Below the pieces are notes generated by a model. It ran no database searches, was not told the DNA's origin, and saw only the letters and a program-made list of their open reading frames with translations. A stretch of DNA of 64,000 nt from Squalus acanthias. Lineage: Eukaryota. The stretch covers positions 4,030,001-4,094,000 of the forward strand of contig JASTWF010000031.1 in the NCBI GenBank assembly GCA_030390025.1, written 5' to 3'. Numbering within the stretch: position 1 is the stretch's first letter; each line of letters opens with the position of its first letter. Shown here piece after piece: positions 26,098 through 39,300 of this stretch. The translations under genes and the position numbers were made by a program.

Positions 26098-27498
26098 AAA
26101 GTCTCCGACTGAAAAATTAAATTAGTCATATTCAGGGACTGAAAGCAAATTTAACCAGTGGGATGAGTGATGAGAATGAAATTGTTACGGTTGATGACTT
26201 GATTTAATGTGTAACTGGACAATCACAGTGTACTGTGAGAAAAACCTGACCAGAAACAACACAAACATTTATTTAAATGGTATATGTCATTTTTTATGGT
26301 GCAGATCAATTCACTGCAATTACTGTTCAGGTGCAAGGCAACAGCCGAGAATGGCCAGTGAAAAATGTATTTCCCTCATCATTTACATCCCTTCAGGAAT
26401 TTCTGAATTAACATTTACCAGTAGCTTTTCAAGTAAAACAGAATCTCCAGCAATCGGTTAGCTGATGTAATCAAAATGTTTTTATTTTGGTTTGTTTTCC
26501 ATGCTGCCAAGTAATCAGCTGGAGCAATGGCCACAGAACTCACGCCTCAGGTTGACAGACGTGGTTCTCGAGCTGTGTGACTCCCGTGGCCATGCAGGGA
26601 AATTTAAAAAGTAGGGGGGGAGAAAGGCTCTTAAGTGCCTGTAAAGTACCTCATAATGATCTCAATGGGGTCCCCTGCCGTTGCAGGTTGGGTCGGCTCC
26701 AGGATGACAGACGCACCTGGGGGAAAGGGAGCAAGTTGAACCCGCTGTCAAAAAAACCAGCTTCCCCACCCGACCCGCTACCGATCGCACCTGCTACCAC
26801 CATGGAAAATTCATAGGGCTGGATTTTTAACAGCCCGTCTGTCAAACCTCCTTCACCTCCATTCTTTCCATAAGTGGCTGGTTCTCACCAGGTTCACTGA
26901 AATTAAATAGATGATCAACAATTCTTGTTGTCCTTTTTCACATTGATGAAATTGATCAGCTACCAATGATTAATGAGAGGAATTTTAATTCCAAGATGAA
27001 AAACTGGCAGGATGTTCAGGCTGCCCGCCCGTGAGTTGCGGTGGTAGGCCCGGTCCATTTTACTGCATAGGCCTCATTAACGTTCCGCTGGCCTGCTACA
27101 TGCCCAAAACAGTGCCCAGGGGAAGGTCATTGGCTTTGGGCCGATGAAAATTGGGCAGCCTGAAGCCACTAGGCCGGAAGTCACGTAGGCCACGGGGTGG
27201 GCAGGAGGGTTTCGCAGGTTGATAGGCAGTTAAAATTGCACCTAATGACATCTTAGGCCCCCAATTTACATGTATTCGTGAGGCTGCTGCCCGAGTCAGA
27301 CACTAAGAAAACCGTGGTGTTAAAATGGCTGTGGGACAGGAAAAGAGCAGTAAGTGCAACGCTTGGATTTTAATTCTCATTCCACCTAGTTTCTGCTAGG
27401 CTGAGGAAGTTTAAATTACCTCTTCATTCTCAGTGGCAGAACTGTGTGCGTGTGAGAGAGAGAGTGAGAGCATGATCCAATAAAACAATCAAAGTCAC

Positions 27499-29228
27499 GG
27501 CTGGATTTTACCAACCTCAGCAGGTCCAGGGCAGGCGACGTCGATGGCAGGTCCTGGCCTTGCAGCAAGCTCCAGCCCGCTGTGTCGAATGATTTTCCCC
27601 TGATTGGGCTTGTTAAGCCCGCCCAGCACGTTTGCCGGTCAATTAGAGGAAGCCGGTCTGATGACGTCATTTGATTTCGTGTCATCAGCCGGTTTCCTTA
27701 AAGAGACTATGCGCAAATTGATTTTGACAGTTGTGCTGTCAGTGTTCTACAGCATTGAGGTGCTGCAAACACTGACAAGCACTGCACAGAGGTGCACGGC
27801 TGCACCCAGGCTCTCCCATGACTCCCTCCATATGCTTATGGGGAGGTTCTCTTCCCTTCCCATGGGCAGAAGAGACCTCCCCAGGAGACCAACGCAGCCT
27901 GGTTGCACATTGCACAGGAGGGCACAAGCAGGGATGTCGCCAGGATGACCAGGCTGCAGTGGCGCAAACCTTTCAATGATCTCAGTAGATCACAAAACGT
28001 TACTGCAAAGCCACACTCAACCTCATCCTGCTGTGCCACTCATCACATCCCCATCACTCTGCCTACCCTACTCCTGCACATCCTTACTCACACCAACTTA
28101 CCTTGCACCTCCACCCATCCCTCTCTATCTACATTATCACTTCCACATCTCACTAGCCACCGCTCACACTCACCCTCATCCTAGTCCAATCATACCAACT
28201 AACAACACACAAGGGTAGGCACTTTGGTGTTTTAGCCAATGTTCATGTGAAGTTTCTGTTAATGTGCTGTTAAACATTGAAATCTTTACTTTGAACACTT
28301 TGCGTTCTTGGACAGATTTGTGTGCACCTTTGGAAGTGGCTTAGTGAGTTGCAGTAAATGGTGAGACATAACGGTACCCCCTGCAATGGTGATGAGTGTG
28401 AAAGGAATGACTTGGGCATTGTAGGGATGCTTTATGGTGTTGGAGTGGGGTGGTGCCAACCTGGCGCATCATGTGGCAGTCAGGGTATACAGCATCAAGT
28501 GAAGTAAACCTGGCCATGGTGAGGCCATCCCTGGCGTCCCGGGCAACAATATGCTTGGATGCTGATGCCTTCTTTCCTGTGCAGCATCAGTTGATTGCGG
28601 AGAAGGTTGGTGGTGTTGTTGGTGCTGCTGGTGTGCCTGGTGCTGCTGGTGTTGGGGCTGATCATGGTGGGATTCTGAGGACCAAGGTGAGATAGTTTCA
28701 AGGGCACCGATGCTGATGTAATAGATGGCAGGTGAACTTGAGATGACAGAAGCGATCTGTCAATGGTGAGAGAGGTTGTTCCAATGATGTGACACTGGAT
28801 AGAGAGTTTACTCCAAACACTTGCAACCTGCATAAAGCTCAATCTGTCTTCCAAATGCAGTAAGCAACAGCTTCTGAGCTTGGAAAGTGAACAGCTGTGA
28901 GATGGGAGCTTTTATAGCACATTTGCAGCTGTCAAGTAATGAGATGATTCCATGGCCATTCAACTGCCACCCAGCTTACCTGGCGTGCTCCCCGAGCAGC
29001 GTGGACCCCATGGGCAACCTGGTAAGCTCTGAAGGTGAGCCCAAAATAGTTCTTAATGGTCTGTTAACAAGGTCATAACTACCTGAATTGCCTCCCCTGC
29101 TGCTGCATGTCGGGTCTGCTCAGCGTTGACAGACCCGACATTTGGGAGAAAGACCCGCTGTCAAAAAAAAGATTTTCCCATCCAACCCGCCACCGATCAC
29201 GCCTGCTGACCCCCCAAAATATTCTCCC
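27499..29228 (+). mobile_element. Harbinger-like internally deleted element with Myb/SANT-like remnant (27790-27990)
   Basis: Flanked by CAC (27496-27498, 29229-29231); ends GGCTGGATTTT / AAAATATTCTCCC; remnant motifs AAPRLSHDSL and WLHIAQE..S....R.T..QWRK.FNDL. Confidence 0.6.
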
Positions 29229-31067
29229 CACAGTTACAGGTTGTACCAAACTAATAGAGGGAAAGAAAAATAAAATTGATCCTGTACAAAGGAATCATGG
29301 AATTAAGTAGAACGTAAAATCTGAGGCCATTGAATAATATGTGTAATGCAAGCTAGATGTTGGGATGTTGCGGAGCAGTTATTTTCTTTTCTTATAACTA
29401 GGTGATATCCTTTGGCATTGCTAATGGGTAGTCTATACAGGTGCATGGTTGTGAAGTTTAGCTGCTAACATGGTCTGTCTCTTTAAGACCACTGCTAAGG
29501 TACTCCCTGTGGGAGTATGTGTCTCACTGTCATGGCCAGTGTGCTGATTACACTAAGCATGTCTAACTAGAAGTGTGGTAATTATTTTGTCAATTATTTT
29601 CTTTAAGCAGGAATGCAAATGTTTTTAAATGATAACTTGTACCTTTGATAAAATCAGAGAAATTTTGATGATTTACTTTTCATGAAATATTTGTCAGTGG
29701 AAGGACTGAGCTGTATGACTGATGTAATTAATGTCTTGCTGATTTAGATACTGATGGAGTCAAGACGTTATTTCCTACCCATTATGAGGTTTCCTTTTTA
29801 GTCGCTTTTACAAATTATTTATTTCCTCATGAATTCAATGAGAGAATATAATTACCCTTTAAGACTTGAGCTTGCATATGCATTGGAGAATATTGGAAAG
29901 ATTTAACCTTTTGATTATAATTTTCAGCTTTGTGACAATTGAGTAGATTCAGTCGCTCAGTTAAGCCACAGCCGCAGTCGAATGGAAACACCACTAGCAT
30001 CTTGATGACTGTGTAATTAGTTTGGCTAGAAAATGTGTGCATGCGGATCAGGAATTTTATGGCTGTACACGACAAAAGATCAATTTGGCAGCATTTCCAT
30101 CTCGGCCTAATTCGTCACCCCTTGCCAATAAAGACACAAATGTATCTTTTACAGGAAGGTGCTAGCTTATGGGATTAATTTTTTTTACCAAGTTTTGTTT
30201 CTAAATGAAATTGGCCAGTGGATTGACAATATGAGTGCACTGACCATTGGTGCAGTCGAACCCTTTCTACAATAGGTTAACATTTCAGATATGACCTTCA
30301 TCACTTCAAGCCTGATTCACACAGACAATATTTCACCGTTGTTCGAGCAGATTCAGGCTGTACACAAGGACTCTTTTTGAAACTTTGTATTCCTGAAGGA
30401 CTTTCACTGTAAGGGGGCTCATCATAAGGTATCTTGCTGTACTTTAGGAAGATATTAAGCTTGGATGAGGTTCTTTCGACCATTCTGCATGGATTGAGAG
30501 GATTCAGTAAAATGCGATTGAATTGTAAATTGATGCATTAGAGTATTATGCTGGGATCAGCATTTCTGCATAATGGAATTTATACAGAGGAGCTCCCTGC
30601 TCGGTCAGTATTCTGCTTGGATCAAATCGGCATTCATCTGGATGTGATGATTTGGGAGTGCTTTTATCTCCACGGTGGAAATAATTTGTGTCCACTTGAA
30701 ATTGCATTAGCAAAGCCCTGCTGTGCTTATCCACTCTCAGGACACTGTGCTGCAATATATTTAAATGCACTGCTGATCGGTGACGTATATGGAAGTTGGC
30801 CAAGATCAGCCTGACAGGAATGCACCAGCCATTCACAGTCAATTGAATCGCGGTGACCCCTCTACTTGGTTTGAAAAACATTAGAGAAACGCTTCTGCCC
30901 TGCTGAACATTTGGCTGCTGGTGTCCATTGTAGTTTCAAAACTCCCTTCATTTTCAGCGTATTATTTGTAGCAGTGAGGGGATTGTTTTTCCGAAGATGG
31001 TCTGGTATTGTAGTGCCATCCCATAATGTCTGATATGTGCTCTTGGTGGGTGATCTAATTGATCCCT

Positions 31068-31412
31068 TAAGATGATTAAAGGAATTGATGGTTTCTCTCT
31101 CTCTACCCTATTTCCTCTGGTGGGAGAGTCCAGAACAAGGGGGCATAACCTTAAAATTAGAGCTAGGCCGTTCAAGGATGATGTCAGGAAGCACTTCTTC
31201 ACTCAAAGGGTAGTGGAAATCTGGAACTCTTCCCCCACCCCCCAAAAAAAAGCTGTTGAGGCTAGGGGTCAATTGAAAATTTCAAAACTGAGATTGATAG
31301 ATTTTTGTTAGTCAAGAGTATTGAGGGTTACAGAACCAAGGCGGGTAGATAGAGTTAAGATACAGACCAGCCATGATCTAATTGAATGGGGGAACTACTC
31401 CTATTCCTATGT
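31068..31412 (+). mobile_element. CR1 3' fragment
   Basis: ORF 31072-31311 LFPLVGESRTRGHNLKIR...FFTQRVVEIWNS; tail cctattcctatg. Confidence 0.85.
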
Positions 31413-32624
31413 AGGTTCCCCAGAGAGAATTGGTGCTTCCTGATAAATTTGTTATCAGAAAGTTCTTCTCACAAAGAGTGACCAACACAATGATTGGGCT
31501 TCCAGATAGTGTAGCAGAGGAGAAAGCCTGGAATAATTTAAGAAATAATTAGAATGCTGGGGTGTGAAGAATGTCAGACCTTTCTGGATGGATGAACTAA
31601 GAATGGGCTAAATGGCCTTCCTCATCTATAATGAAGTTGTGAGGAAACATTGACGTTAACTTTGAACACACTCCTGTACGTCTTACTATGGCACTTTTAC
31701 ATTACTTGAGAGTGGTTGATGGCAGACATGTAGCTTTCCCACTATTGACTGTGCTTAGAAAGATAAATAACCTGGGCTACATTGTTTTGGCAGCAGTGGA
31801 GACCCATCTTTTCAAGGGTTTGTGAACTACTTCTGTATTCTAGGTTCTGTTCATGGTCCATTGAATTCAGGGTGTTGGTCTGGTAGGTTGCAAGTCGAGA
31901 CATCATTAGTGTCAAAGCTGCCCAATAATAATGCTCGATTTGAAATGGAATAACCTCACCATGCTGTGTGCATGTGCAGAAAACAGGTAACCATATTGCC
32001 ATTTGGCATCTTAACAGAAAATTCAACCGATGAGAAAATAAAGAGAGGAGAGTGGTGCTGGGAGGGTAATATATCACTGCCCTCTTGAAACTGGATTTCA
32101 CATAGCAGCGAGTAAAGTTGCCTTTTCTGGTTAGTTACAGATTCCTGCTTAGAGGCCTGTGGGCAGCTCATCTGACCCTCCTATTGTCTGCAGACTGGTT
32201 GTCTTTGCGCCACCTAAACACAGGTATATAAAAGGCCAAGCTGTGCGAGGGCCATAAAATTACTTTCTGCAGAAACTGTCCAATTTTCTTTCCACCCCCT
32301 CCCCGCACCCTCCTAAAGGCAACACCAGCTGAGTTGCAGGTCTAAGAGCACTGGCTACCTTCTGCTAATTCTCCAGTTGTCCATTCTTAGTGGATGAGGC
32401 TTGATGGTGCGTGCCAGTGGGATATCACTTGGAGAGGGGCCAGCCTCGCAACTCAACCCAACCTGACATTCACACATGTGCACCTTGCAGCAAGGACTGC
32501 TGGACAGCAATCAGCAGTAGGACTCCTGGATGATTTATCTCCTAACCCAAGGTCACTGAGGCTAACAGTCGCTTCCCAATTGCTACTGGGCTGAGATCAG
32601 ATCAGGAACTGAAGAGTCACCAAG

Positions 32625-32888
32625 AAATCCAATGGGGAATTCAAAAGAAATTTCTTTACCCAAAGAGTGGTGAGAATGTGGAACTCGCTACCACAGGGAG
32701 TGGTTGAAGTGAAAAGTATAGATGTATTTAAGGGGAGGCTAGACGAGCATATGAGGGAGAAGGGAGTAGAGGGTTATGCTGATAGATTTAGATGAGGAAA
32801 GACGGGAGGAGGCTCGAGTGGAGCATAAACGCTGGCATGGACTGGTTGGGCCGAATGGCCTGTTTCTGTGCTGTATATCCTATGTAAT
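32625..32888 (+). mobile_element. CR1-like 3' fragment
   Basis: FFTQRVVRMWNSLP motif, gggccgaatggcc 3' UTR, tail cctatgtaa. Confidence 0.75.
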
Positions 32889-34159
32889 CCTTGTTAGACT
32901 ATATGCCTCAGAGTTGCACCAGGCAGTGCACTGTTGGGGGAGCCTGGGAAAGATTCTTTTGTCTGCTGTTGAGAAAAGACCGAAATTTCTGTCGGCTTTG
33001 ACAATAAACCTGTCTACAGTGAGCATCTTACCCAAGACTCAACAGTAAATGAATGGCTTATATATATGTCTCCATAGATAAACCACCTAATGTCCGCCTA
33101 AATGGTAAATGATCCCGTTAATCCTTTTTTATAAATGCTGCCTTTCTTGGGAGCTGTGCAAAAATTCTGAGTGCCGTAAAGTATGTGTGGTGTATAAGTG
33201 GACTTAGACCATCAGTTTACCCGCTAGGAGGTGTTGCAACAAGCAACAGTGTTACAGTGCAACTATTATTTGGCAGCCCAGCCTTCGAGTTTCTAGTAAT
33301 TGAGTGAAGTGTGTGACTTGACAAGAAAATGAGTGGAGGTATGGCACAGCACTAACTATACTTAAAGTGCCCTCTGCTGGCACATGTTGATCATTTCTGT
33401 AGCATTATTGAAGGCTATTCTAATACAGTATGCTTGTTTAAGAGCCACAGAGAGGGTATAGAGGGATTTTGGCCTCCAGATAGCATGGAGCGACAAACAA
33501 GGGATGTGGAAGAATTTGCATTGATCAAAACTCACTTGTTTGTTGTTCCATGTCTCTTGTCTGATTAAAAGCCACAATTTAATGCTATGTGGGGAAGTCC
33601 ATTCAGATCAAGAGACCTCCTACAAAAATTAATCGGAACAATGTATATCAGTCCTATTATCAGTTTATGAGGTGTGGTACAAGGCAATAAAAGTCACTAA
33701 TGTCTTGAATGAATGCCAACTTGCTCATTACTGAGTTAGAGGCTTTTATGTTGAGTATGTTACAGTTGTGATGGATGTCTACATGTAGTAAAATAGGGCA
33801 CTAATTAAATGTGTTCTTCACTGAGAGTTCCTTGGAAAGAGAAGGTGCAGGGCAACTTTCTTATTTCTAATATTTATCAAGGAAAAAATGAGAGGGTAGT
33901 TTATTTTTTTCAAGTAGATTATTCACTGAACCAGGGTTTCTGGAGCATGCAGTAGGATATGAGAAATCTTTGCATTGGTTGTTGGTGCCACAGTATAATT
34001 TTTCCAATCTTTGTGTTTGAAATAAATACCAGGATGAAGTTTGTCCTGTTGACTAAGTCCAGCTGCTTCTTGTTGTACTGCCCAATATACCAAAACGAAT
34101 GATTCTGTTGGCGGAAAGTGGGAAATCACAAGGCAGTGTAACTGCTGGGAGATAGCTCC

Positions 34160-34486
34160 CAGGTGCCGTCTTTCGGATGAGACGTTAAACCGAGGCCCCG
34201 TCTACTCTCTCAGGTGGACATAAAAAATCCCATGGGACTATTTTGAAGACGAGCAAGGGAGTTATCCCCGGTGTCCTGGCCAATGTTTATCCCTCAATCA
34301 ACATAACAAAAACAGATTATCTGGTCATTATCACATTGCTGTTTGTGGGAGCTTGCTGCGCGCAAATTGGCTGCCGCGTTTCCGACATTACAACAGTGAC
34401 TAAGTGCTTCATTGGCTGTAAAGCGCTTTGGGACATCCGGTGGTTGTGAAAGGCGCTATATAAATGCAAGTCTTTCTTTTCTTTTA
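34160..34486 (+). mobile_element. DeuSINE (SacSINE1-like), 5'-truncated
   Basis: Deu-domain-like core gtgccgtctttcggatgagacgttaaaccgagg...gatccc...ccggtgtcctggccaa (recalled similarity to AmnSINE1/SacSINE1); tail aaaggcgctatataaatgcaagt(cttt)n. Confidence 0.75.
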
Positions 34487-34584
34487 TATTTCATGAAAAA
34501 CCACTGCTGCAGGAAACTATTCATGTTTTAATTCCTCTTTGACTGTTGTAACAGCTCTTAATTGAAGAGATAACAGGAAACAAA

Positions 34585-34785
34585 GTGACTGCTGGAAATC
34601 TGAAATAAAAGCAGAAAATGATGGAAATATGTATCTAAAAAGAGAAGAGATAAGTTAGCATGTTTAGTGTAGAACCTTTGTCAGATCTACTTTGATGAGG
34701 GCCTACATCCAAAACATATAACCTGCCCTTTTTCTTTTCAGTTGCTTGTGGACCTGATGTGTAATTTCAGTTTGTTTTGTGTTAT
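34585..34785. mobile_element. Old Penelope-like palindromic terminal-repeat remnant
   Basis: gctggaaatctgaaataaaagcagaaaatg arm as in the 13082 and 58020 copies; degenerate inverted hammerhead-like cores near 34670-34720. Confidence 0.45.
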
Positions 34786-35010
34786 TGCCTCTTAATGTGA
34801 TGTCAGCTGTAAATTAGCAGTGTCTATTGACACTACTGTGTCAGCCAATGAGTTGCACTTTGTCAGCCAATGAGATTGAGATGGGGCGGGACTTACTGCA
34901 GGACTTACAGCAAACAGTCTATTTACTCAGCAAACAGAGACTATTTAAAAAGACCATCTATGAACCCAACAGCAAACAGAACTCATGACCGAAACTACAG
35001 CAACTTCTTT

Positions 35011-35404
35011 AGTGTGTCAGCCAGTGGCTCAGTTGGTAGCACTTGAGCACAAAAATCTGAACTGACACTCCAGTGCTGCACTGTCGAAGGTGCCGTCTTT
35101 TGGATGAGAAGTTAAACCGAGGCCCCGCCTGCTCTCTCAGGTGGACATAAAAGATCCCCTGGCACTATTTCGAAGAAGAGCAAGGGAGTTATCCCCGGTG
35201 TCCTGGCCAATATTTATCCCTCAATCAACATCACTAAAACAGATTATCTGGTCATTATCACATTGCTGTTTGTGGGAGCTTGCTGTGCGCAAATTGGCTG
35301 CCGCGTTTCCGACATTACAACAGTGACTAAGTGCTTCATTGGCTGTAAAGCACTTTGGGACATCCGGTGGTTGTGAAAGGCGCTATGTAAATGCAAGTCT
35401 TTTT
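35011..35404 (+). mobile_element. DeuSINE (SacSINE1-like) with a tRNA-derived head
   Basis: A-box-like TGGCTCAGTTGG at ~35024; body nearly identical to 34160-34486. Confidence 0.75.
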
Positions 35405-36327
35405 ATGTGTGTAAAATCAAACCCTGCCACTTACAGCAGTGCAGTCTCCAGGTGTGATTAACGGGGGAATTACCCAATCATTTCCATTCTAGCCGGGAAT
35501 AGTGGTGTCATTATATGCAGCTGCAAATGAGAGCAATTAAATGGCCAGTTACAGGAGACCATTTAATTCCTCTGGTTGTTTATAGCAATAGATCAATCTG
35601 TCTTTAAGTCTCTGCTCTGCTCCTCCAGCGTTGTAATATTTAGTTCCCATTAATATCACAGCACTGGAGCACATTCCTATCAGCTGTCACTCTACTCCTT
35701 CACGCTTGTGTGGAGGCAACGGCCAATAGCCATCCCATGACTAAAGTTCATCCTGTTTTATGCTGGAGCTTCCTGGCAGCGGGATTCAGTGAATCCACCT
35801 GGTTTACATAGTGCAGCCGATGGCAACCACAGACACCTGCATGTTGGGACGTTCTGGCACTATCACCCCTAAGGCCAATATAAAACCAGTTTGAGTGGTT
35901 CTTCTACTACTCCAAGTTCAACAACGCCTGCAACCAGTAAAGATTGTGTTGCTCTTTTTGGGAAGGGATGCCCACATCAAGTTCAAAACTGAAATTCCCT
36001 GAACAAACTAGGGAGAATTGCAAGCCAGCTCTTCAAATCTGGACTCGCAAATAATTTTTCACAACCTACTTCCTCAAGGTGACTAAATTCTCATCTCCAA
36101 CCTTATTCAGAGCCTTATGAGAAAATGTTCTGGTCACAGAGCAGATTTGTTTGATATATTTAATAATGCCGTTTGGTTGTCAGGTTCCATGAACAAAGCC
36201 CTCTGGAGGCGATTTTTATTTTCAGCATACCACCCCGATCCTGCTGAAAAATAGGACAGATGAAAATCACCCTGTCTGTATCCGAAGAGTTTCTCTCAGG
36301 CCAGAAAACCCCCAGTTGTATTCCCAG

Positions 36328-39300
36328 GCTGTGAAATTGGAGGTTTAGCGCCGGCCGTTAAGACCGGTTTTGCTGAAAAATGGCGGCTGCCTCGCTTCCG
36401 CCCTCTTCCGTTGCAGAACACGGCCGTCACCATTTTGGGCAGGTCGGCAGCGCTGCCATTGCCTGCGCTCGCTGCCCACATTTAAATGATGCAGATCGTG
36501 ACGTCAGTCGGCGTGCAACGCCTGAATTGATGCACGACTCTGATTTTGGACGTCGCCGCTCTTGATACCGCCCTCTCCAAACCACACATGGAAGAACATG
36601 CGTGCAACAGTACTACAAAGATGCTGCCAGTGCTTCTTAAAGGGACACACACATCTTTCATGCAATGTTCCCTATAAGCCGTGCAGCTCCCCGCCGGTCC
36701 CACTCAGCCCGGGACTGACTTTTGCAATATTAAAGTTCTGTGAATGGGCCGCATAGCCCCTTAATGGGGCCGTGTAGTCCTCCAAAAAATTATGGGAAAC
36801 ATTGCTTTCAAGTAAGTTTAGATATTTCCTTTTGGACTTTTTTTTTGCATTTTATTGGAGTAGTGGTTTGGTGCAATACATTTAAAAAGTTGCTAAAGTG
36901 TGCAGGGAGTGCTGCTGGATGTTTGCAAGGCTTTGGCTGTTAAAGGAAGGTCTCTGAGAACATCACTTGCTCCCAGTCCTGAGGGCTCTAGTTGCAGTCC
37001 CGCTTGTGCTGCAACATCACATGGAGATGAAGCAGAGGCAGCAAAGGGGGGCGATGCTCACAGAGGGAGGAGGAAGCGGTAGAGGAGGAATCAACCCAGA
37101 CAGCCCCGTTCTATCCGGGATCGAATCATCCGCCTGCGATACCAGTGAACACAACCCCAATTCCCCTTTTAACATTTGTCCCACACCTTACCTTCCCTCT
37201 GTTACTGACCATCACAGCGTCCTCTTGGCCACAATGCTGAAATAAAAGCCACCACAAAACAAATGTTCCAATCCAACTTTATCCATATATGCATTCAATA
37301 TTACATCAAAAAATCAACTAATCACCCTTGTGCATTCCCTTCGTGACTGTCTTGCGTGTGCCTTTGCCTGTCCTAATGCTGTTACGCAGTGCTACCCCAG
37401 TGGCTGCAGCATGGCTGGTGGAAGGCTCAGATTTTTAGTTGGGGACACCGCAGATGGCCTTGCAGGACGACCTCGAAGAGCTAGTGGCTAGGAGTGTGAA
37501 ATCGAATGACCGTGTTTCTTCTTCTTCACTCTCCCTATTCTTGGTCAACCACTGGATTACTACCTGAGCCACGAGCAAATTGGCATAGGGTCAATAAGAT
37601 TAGAGAGTTGAATGCATGGCTCAAGGATTGGTGTGGGAGAAATGGGTTTCAATTCATGGGGCACTGGCACCAGTACTAGGGAAAGAGGGAGCTGTTCCGT
37701 TGGCCTGGGCTTCACTTGAACCATGCTGGGACCAGTGTCCTGGCGAATCGAATAACTAAGGCTGTAGATAGGGCTTTAAACTAAATAGTGGGGGGGAGGG
37801 TTCAGGTGAGAGGAAACTTGGAAAGTTAAAGAGAAATGACAAGGCAATAGTGTAGGGTAGCGATAGGGGTGATGATAACCAGAGTGTGACGGGAAAGGGC
37901 AGAGCATACACGCATAAGAGTGCACCAGCAAATAGGGTCAGAGTAGGGAAAATGGTAAAAAGACAAAATTAAAGGCTCTTTATCTGAATGCACGCAGCAT
38001 TCATAACAAAATAGATGAATTGACGGCACAAATAGAAATAAATGGGTATGATCTGATAGCCATTACAGAGACGTGGCTGCAAGGTGACCAAGGCTAAATA
38101 TTCCAGGGGTATTTGACATTTCAGAAGGATAGGCAGAAAGGAAAAGGAGGTGGAGTAGCCCTGTTAATACAGGATGAGATCAGTACAGTAGTGAGAAATG
38201 ATCTTGGCTCGAAGATCAAGATGTAGAATCAGTTTGGGCGGAGATAAGAAATAATAAGGGAAAGAAGTCACTGGTGGGAGTAGTCTATAGGCCCCCTAAC
38301 AGTAGCTACACTGTAGGACAGAGTATAAATCAAGAAATAATGGGGGCTTGTAAGAAAGGTACTGCAATAATCGTAGGCGATTTTAATCTTCATATAGATT
38401 GGACAAATCAAATTGGCAAAGGTATCCTTCAGGGTGAGTTCATAGAGTGTATTCAGGACAGTTTCTTAGAGCAATATGTTGTGGGACCGACCATGGAACA
38501 GTCTATTTTAAATCTGGTAATGTATAATGAGACAGGATTCATTAATGATCTCATAGTAAAGGATCCTCGAGGGAAGAGTGATCATAACTTGATAGAATTT
38601 CACATTCATTTTGAGGGTGAGAAACTTGGGTCTGAACCTTGTGTCTTACCCTTGTAATTCCCTTTATTTAAGTTTATGAAGACAGAGCTGGCTAAAGTGG
38701 ACTGGGAAAATAGATTAAAAGGTCAGATGGTAGATAAGCAGTGGCAGACTTTTAAGGAGATATTTCATAACTCTCAACAAAGATATATTCCAGGGAGAAA
38801 GAAAGACTCTACGAGAAGGATGAACCATCTGTGGCTTACTAAGGAAGTTAAGGAGGGTATCAAATTGAAAGAAAAGGCATACAATGTTACGAGGATTAGT
38901 GGTAGGCCAGAAGATTGGGAAAGTTTTAGAAACTTGCAAAGGATGACTCAAAAAATAATAGAGGGAGAAAATAGATTGAAAGTAAACTAGCAAGAAATAT
39001 AAAACCAGACAGTAAGAGCTTCTACAAGTATATAAAAAGGAAGAGAGTAGCTAAAGTAAACGTTGGTCCCTTAGAGGATGAGACTTTGGAATTAATAATG
39101 GGAAACAAGGAAATGGTGAGACTTTGAACAAATATTTTGTATCTGTCTTCACAGCAGAAGACACTAAAAGCATCCCAATAATAGTGGAAAATCAAGGGGC
39201 AAAAGCAAAGGCGGAATTTAAAACTATCACGAGAGAAAAAGTACTAGGCAAACTAATGCAACTAAAGGCTAACAAGTCCCCTGAACCTGATGGCCTGCAT

